From the NCBI GenBank assembly GCA_963833225.1, contig CAWHXD010000008.1:448001-512000 (forward strand): 64,000 bases of DNA, written 5' to 3'. This DNA comes from an uncultured Chloroflexia bacterium. Its GTDB lineage: Bacteria; Chloroflexota; Limnocylindria; Limnocylindrales; CSP1-4. The position numbers and the translations under genes are program-made. Positions 59,110 through 64,000 of this stretch are shown piece by piece. How positions within the stretch are numbered: position 1 is the first letter of the stretch; each line of letters starts with the position of its first letter. A model generated the notes under the pieces. It saw only the letters and a list, made by a program, of their open reading frames with translations, was not told where the DNA came from and ran no database searches.

Positions 59110-61814
59110 CGCGGCGGCCCGAGGCCCCGCGCGCCGTGCCGCGCGCGACCTACCGAATCCAGCTGCGTCCGTCGTTCGGGTTCGACGCGGCCGCGGCCAT
59201 CGCCCCCTACCTCGAACGACTGGGCGTCAGCCACGCGTACTCGTCGCCGATCCTCCAGGCGGCACCGGGCAGCGAGCATGGCTACGACGTGGTGGACCCG
59301 CACCGGGTCAACGCGGAGCTGGGCGGCGATACGGCGCACCGCGCGTTCGGCCGCCGCCTCGCGCGGCACCACCTGGGCCACGTCATCGACATCGTGCCCA
59401 ACCACATGGCGGTCTCCGGGGCGGAGAACCCGTGGTGGTGGGACGTCCTGGAGAACGGGCCGTCGAGCCGCTATGCGCGCTACTTCGACGTGGACTGGGA
59501 CCCGCCCGAGTCGTACCTGCGCAACCTCGTCCTGCTGCCCATCCTCGGTGACCACTATGGCCGCGTCCTCGAGGCCGGCGAGCTCCGGCTGGTCCGCGAC
59601 GGCGGCTCGTTCGTGGTTGCCTACCACGACCACCGGGTGCCGGTCTCCCCGACCGCGCTCGACGGCCTGGTCGCGGCAGCGGGGCGGCGGACCGGGTCGG
59701 ACGATCTCGCCTTCATCGGTGGTGCGCTCGGGCGGCTTCCCCCGTCCACGGCGCTCGACAGGGCGAGCGTGAACCGGCGGCATCGCGACAAGGAGGTCCT
59801 CCGGTCCCAGCTCGCGCGGCTCGCGTCCGAGCGGCCGGAGATCGAGCGCGCGCTCGACGCGGAGGTCGCCGCCACGAACGCGCACCCCGACGCGCTCGAC
59901 GCGATCCTCTCCCGCCAGAACTACCGCCTCGCCCACTGGCGCGCCGCCGTCCGGGATCTCGGCTACCGCCGGTTCTTCGATGTGACCGGGCTGATCGGCA
60001 TGCGGATGGAAGACCCGGACGTGTTCGCGGAGACGCACGCGCTGGTCCTGCGCTGGATCCGCGACGGGGTGATCGACGGGATCCGGGTCGACCACCCCGA
60101 CGGGCTGCGCGATCCCGCCGAGTACTTCCGGCGCCTCCGGGAGGCGTCGCCCCGCGGCTGGATCGTCGCCGAGAAGATCCTCGAGGGCCGCGAGCGCCTG
60201 CGGGCGGACTGGACGGTCGACGGCACCACGGGCTACGAGTTCCTCAACCTGGTCGGCGGCCTGTTCGTCGATCCCGACGGCGAGGCGCCGATGACGGCGG
60301 CCTACGCCGCGTTCACCGGGCTCGAGGACGACCTCGCGTCGGTCGTGCGCGAGTCGAAGCTCGCGGTCCTGAGCGAGAACCTCGGCAGCGAGCTGAACCG
60401 CCTGACCGCCCTCCTCCTCGAGATCTGCGAGAGCCACCGCCGTCATCGCGACTACACCCGCCACGACTGCCACGAGGTGCTCCGGGAGCTCGCGGTCGTA
60501 TTCCCGCGCTACCGCACCTACGTGCGCGCGGAGGCCGGCGAGATCGCCCACGAGGACCTGGTCACGATCGCCGCGGCCGTCAAGGACGCGATCGCCGCGA
60601 GGCCCGACCTGGACCCGGTGCTCGTCCGCTTCGTGGGCGACATCCTGGCGCTCCGGGTCCGCGGGCCGGGTGAATCCGAGCTCGTGATGCGCTTCCAGCA
60701 GCTCACCGGCGCGGTCATGGCCAAGGGCGTCGAGGACACCGCCTTCTACCGCTACCACCGGCTCACCTCGCTCAACGAGGTCGGCGGGAACCCGGCGCGG
60801 TTCGGCGTGAGCGTGGCGGACTTCCACCGCGCCAACGCCGCCCGGCTCGCGACCACGCCCAACGCCATGCTGACCACCAGTACCCACGACACCAAGCGCG
60901 CCGAGGACGTGCGGGCGCGGATCCACGTGCTCTCGGAGATGCCCAGGGACTGGGCGTCGGCCGTCGAGCGGTGGTCGACGCGGCTCGCGCGCTACCGAAC
61001 GGCCGACGCGCCCGACCGGAACGCCGAGTACCTGCTGTACCAGACGCTCGTCGGGACGTGGCCGATCGAGCCCGAGCGCCTCGACGCGTACCTGCTCAAG
61101 GCGGTCCGCGAGGCCAAGGTCCGCACCTCGTGGTCCGCACCGGACGAGGCCTACGAGGCGGCGCTGGCGTCATTCGCGGCGCGGGCGATCGCGGATCGGC
61201 CGTTCCTCGCGGACCTCGAGGCCTTCCTGCCCGCGGTCATCGCGGCGGGGCGGGTCGGCACGATCGCCCAGACGCTGCTCAAGCTGACGGTGCCCGGCGT
61301 GCCCGACACCTACCAGGGCGCCGAGCTGTGGGACCTGAGCCTCGTCGACCCCGACAACCGGCGGCCGGTCGATTTCGAGCGACGGGCGCGCGTCCTCGAC
61401 CTCGTGACGGGCGCATCGCCGGAGGCCGTGCTCGACGAGATGGACGAGGGCTGGCCAAAGCTGTGGACCATCGCGCGGACCCTTGAGCTGCGCCGGCTCC
61501 GGCCCGCGCTGTTCGGCGAGGACGCGTCCTACCGCCCGCTGAAGATCGCCGGCACCCGGGCGCAGCGCCTCATCGGGTTCACCCGCCGCGATGCCGTCGC
61601 GGTGGTTGTGCCTCGCCTGGTCCATGGCCTTGGCGGGCCGGCCTGGGGTGACCCGAAGACGTGGGGCCGGACGAGCGTCGCGCTCCCGGCCGGTGTGTGG
61701 ACCAGCGTCCTCGGCGGTGGCGACATCATCGAGGGTGGTCGGAACGTGCCCGTGGCCACGCTGCTGGCCCGGTTCCCCGTGGCCCTGCTCACCCAGGCCG
61801 GGCCGGAGGCGTGA
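59106..61814 (+). CDS. treY: Malto-oligosyltrehalose synthase
   Basis: [57 protein letters not shown]. Confidence 0.95.
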   Translation: MTRRPEAPRAVPRATYRIQLRPSFGFDAAAAIAPYLERLGVSHAYSSPILQAAPGSEHGYDVVDPHRVNAELGGDTAHRAFGRRLARHHLGHVIDIVPNHMAVSGAENPWWWDVLENGPSSRYARYFDVDWDPPESYLRNLVLLPILGDHYGRVLEAGELRLVRDGGSFVVAYHDHRVPVSPTALDGLVAAAGRRTGSDDLAFIGGALGRLPPSTALDRASVNRRHRDKEVLRSQLARLASERPEIERALDAEVAATNAHPDALDAILSRQNYRLAHWRAAVRDLGYRRFFDVTGLIGMRMEDPDVFAETHALVLRWIRDGVIDGIRVDHPDGLRDPAEYFRRLREASPRGWIVAEKILEGRERLRADWTVDGTTGYEFLNLVGGLFVDPDGEAPMTAAYAAFTGLEDDLASVVRESKLAVLSENLGSELNRLTALLLEICESHRRHRDYTRHDCHEVLRELAVVFPRYRTYVRAEAGEIAHEDLVTIAAAVKDAIAARPDLDPVLVRFVGDILALRVRGPGESELVMRFQQLTGAVMAKGVEDTAFYRYHRLTSLNEVGGNPARFGVSVADFHRANAARLATTPNAMLTTSTHDTKRAEDVRARIHVLSEMPRDWASAVERWSTRLARYRTADAPDRNAEYLLYQTLVGTWPIEPERLDAYLLKAVREAKVRTSWSAPDEAYEAALASFAARAIADRPFLADLEAFLPAVIAAGRVGTIAQTLLKLTVPGVPDTYQGAELWDLSLVDPDNRRPVDFERRARVLDLVTGASPEAVLDEMDEGWPKLWTIARTLELRRLRPALFGEDASYRPLKIAGTRAQRLIGFTRRDAVAVVVPRLVHGLGGPAWGDPKTWGRTSVALPAGVWTSVLGGGDIIEGGRNVPVATLLARFPVALLTQAGPEA

Positions 61815-63631
61815 GCGACCGCTCGACGCGTGCCGGAGCGCCGCCGGTGGTCCGGGTGTGGGCTCCCGCGGCGGACCGGGTCGAGATCGTCCTCGGGACG
61901 GATGCGGCCGACGCCACTGGCCCGGAGGCCGCGGTGCGGCGCCCGATGGATGCCGCTGGAGGCGGCTGGTGGACCGGGCGCTGGTCCGATGTCCGCGCAG
62001 GTGCGGCCTATCGGTTCTCGCTGGACGGCGGTCCCCCGCTTCCCGATCCGCGATCGGCCTGGCAGCCGGACGGCGTCCACGGTCCGTCGCGGCTGGTGGA
62101 CCACGCCGCGATGCGCTGGACGGACGCGGACTGGCAGCCTGGCCCGCTCTCGGACGCCGTGATCTACGAGCTCCACGTGGGCACCTTCACCCCGGCGGGG
62201 ACGTTCGACGGGGTCGTGGACCGCCTCGATCACCTGGCCGGTCTCGGCGTCACCCACGTCGAGCTCATGCCCGTGAACGCGTTCCCGGGCCGCGACGGCT
62301 GGGGCTACGACGGCGTGGCGCTGTTTGCGCCCCACGAGCCGTATGGCGGGCCGGACGGGCTGAAGCGGCTCGTTGACGCGTGCCATGCGCACGGGATGGC
62401 CGTGCTGCTCGACGTCGTCTACAACCACCTGGGGCCGGACGGCAACTACACCGGGGCGTACGGCCCCTACCAGACCGACCGGTACCGGACCCCGTGGGGT
62501 GCCGCAGTCAACCTCGACGGCGCGGGCAGCGACGAGATCCGCCGGTTCTTCATCGACAACGCGCTGATGTGGCTTGGCGACTACCACATCGACGGCCTCC
62601 GGATCGACGCCGTGCACGCCCTCGTGGATACGTCGGCGACCCATCTCCTCGAGCAGATGGCCACCGAGGTCCGCGCCCTGTCGCTGGAGATCGGTCGCGA
62701 CCTCGTCCTGATCGCGGAGAGCGACCTCAACGATCCGCGCCTCGTGCGCTCGCCCGGGGCCGGCGGGTACGACCTCGACGCCACCTGGGTCGACGACCTC
62801 CACCACGCGATCCACGTTGCGCTGACCGGCGAGCGGAGCGGCTACTACGAGGACTTCACGGGGCTGCCCGACATCGCGCGGGCGATGACCGACATCTACG
62901 TCTATGCGGGCCGCCATTCCGCGCATCGCGACCGCGTCCACGGCCGGGCCGCGGACGGCCTCGAGCCGGGGCGGTTCGTGGGGTTCAGCCAGAACCACGA
63001 CCAGGTCGGCAACCGAGCCCTCGGGGAGCGGCTGGAGCATCTCGCCGGGTTCGACGCCGCGATGGTCGCCGCCACGCTCGTCCTCGCCGGTCCGTTCGTG
63101 CCGCTCCTGTTCCAGGGCGAGGAGTGGGCGGCGTCGACGCCGTTCCGCTACTTCACGGACCATGAGGGTCCGGAGCTCGCGAGCGCGGTCAGCGCCGGCC
63201 GGCGCCGCGAGTTCGCGTCGTTCGGCTGGGCCCCGGAGGACGTCCCCGACCCGCAGGACCCGGCGACGCTGGCACGGTCCCGGCTCGACTGGTCCGAGGT
63301 CGCGGCACCCCGGCACGCCCGAATGCTGGACTGGTATCGGCGGCTGATCGCCCTGCGTCGTGAGCATCCCGGCCTCCGGGACGGCCGGCGGCCCAACGTC
63401 CGAGTCGACGTCGAGGCCGGCTGGATCGCGCTCGACCGCGATGGCGTCTCGGTCGTGGCGAACCTCGGGAGCGCGGCCGTGACGGTGCCCTGGCCCGGGA
63501 GCGCCGGGAACGCCCGGTGGCGGGTCGCGGCGGGATCCAGGGAACCGGTGGTGACCGGCGACAACGGCATCGGCCTGCCCCCGCTCACCACCGCGATCGT
63601 TGTCGCGGACGCCTCGCCCGACCGCGGTTGA
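61811..63631 (+). CDS. treZ: Malto-oligosyltrehalose trehalohydrolase
   Basis: [43 protein letters not shown]. Confidence 0.95.
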   Translation: MSDRSTRAGAPPVVRVWAPAADRVEIVLGTDAADATGPEAAVRRPMDAAGGGWWTGRWSDVRAGAAYRFSLDGGPPLPDPRSAWQPDGVHGPSRLVDHAAMRWTDADWQPGPLSDAVIYELHVGTFTPAGTFDGVVDRLDHLAGLGVTHVELMPVNAFPGRDGWGYDGVALFAPHEPYGGPDGLKRLVDACHAHGMAVLLDVVYNHLGPDGNYTGAYGPYQTDRYRTPWGAAVNLDGAGSDEIRRFFIDNALMWLGDYHIDGLRIDAVHALVDTSATHLLEQMATEVRALSLEIGRDLVLIAESDLNDPRLVRSPGAGGYDLDATWVDDLHHAIHVALTGERSGYYEDFTGLPDIARAMTDIYVYAGRHSAHRDRVHGRAADGLEPGRFVGFSQNHDQVGNRALGERLEHLAGFDAAMVAATLVLAGPFVPLLFQGEEWAASTPFRYFTDHEGPELASAVSAGRRREFASFGWAPEDVPDPQDPATLARSRLDWSEVAAPRHARMLDWYRRLIALRREHPGLRDGRRPNVRVDVEAGWIALDRDGVSVVANLGSAAVTVPWPGSAGNARWRVAAGSREPVVTGDNGIGLPPLTTAIVVADASPDRG

Positions 63632-63657
63632 CATCCCTCACGGACGTGGCCTAGGGT
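63628..63657 (+). promoter_or_regulatory. Candidate sigma70 promoter for glgE
   Basis: TTGACA-N18-TAGGGT, overlapping the treZ stop codon. Confidence 0.45.
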
Positions 63658-63696
63658 CAGGCTTGGCAGGGGCCCATCCATCCACGCGTCCTGGCC

Positions 63697-64000
63697 GTGC
63701 CGGTCCACCGACAGCCCCGGGAGGTTCCCATCTCCGACCACGCACGCGCCCAGCAAGCCGCCACAGCCTCCGCGGGCGCCTCCGCCGCCGGGGCCGGCGA
63801 CCTCCCCGTGGACGGGCGGCGGCGCGCGGTCGTCGAGAGCCTCACCCCGCGCGTTGACGGCGGCCGCTTCCCCGCCAAGCGGACCCTGGGTGACACCGTC
63901 GTCGTCGAGGCCGACGCGTTTGCCGATGGCCATGACGTGGTCGTGGCCATCCTCCGCCACCGCCCGCCCGGCGCGACCCAGTGGATCGAGATCCCGATGG
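63697..64000 (+). CDS. glgE: Alpha-1,4-glucan:maltose-1-phosphate maltosyltransferase, partial (start uncertain: 63697, 63730 or 63808)
   Basis: Read manually: RAVVESLTPRVDGGRFPAKRTLGDTVVVEADAFADGHD...IPM, a typical GlgE N-terminus. Confidence 0.88.
   Translation, partial: MPVHRQPREVPISDHARAQQAATASAGASAAGAGDLPVDGRRRAVVESLTPRVDGGRFPAKRTLGDTVVVEADAFADGHDVVVAILRHRPPGATQWIEIPM

Noticed and set aside
57627-60926. Long antisense or alternate-frame ORFs (e.g. 1099 aa here, also 42620..44947, 21218..23164)
   Set aside because: These are shadow ORFs of real genes, caused by high GC and stop-codon scarcity; they are Arg/Gly/Pro-rich with no motifs.
57744-61814. Apparent 1356-aa GlgX-TreY fusion protein
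   Set aside because: One extra C at ~58990 shifts glgX into the treY frame. The normal GlgX C-terminus and a GTGA stop/start overlap at 59106-59109 are intact in the other frame.

Overview
Very GC-rich bacterial chromosomal window. The gene repertoire and style suggest Chloroflexota, possibly Limnocylindria/Ellin6529 (inference, not tested). From left to right it holds: (1) acyltransferase and HAD genes; (2) a LiaF-like/PspC/GIDE/LemA envelope-stress operon; (3) msrA and small accessory genes; (4) a Cap18-like DEDDh exonuclease divergent from an orphan Pol-beta-type nucleotidyltransferase; (5) a tungsten cluster (AOR, tupABC, AOR, moaD-like, with a convergent moeA); (6) a PAS adenylate cyclase, AcuB, and a Crp/Fnr operon with a perfect class II CRP-type promoter; (7) three SGNH/O-acyltransferase genes; (8) an AbiE toxin-antitoxin islet at the 3' end of tRNA-Asn; (9) a secreted metzincin; (10) a Pro/Thr-stalk surface protein translationally coupled to a membrane GGDEF-EAL protein; (11) dnaG-rpoD with a four-palindrome upstream region; (12) an accessory patch containing a ~0.65 kb segment with attL/attR-like ends; (13) a TDT transporter, an ADP-forming acyl-CoA synthetase, and glgX-treY-treZ-glgE. 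At least seven single-base insertions break genes, including essential rpoD, so most frameshifts are probably long-read errors. The best candidates for novelty are the NTase/exonuclease pair, the att-like mini-cassette, and the stalk protein/c-di-GMP module. All calls come from motif reading by eye; no database searches were run.
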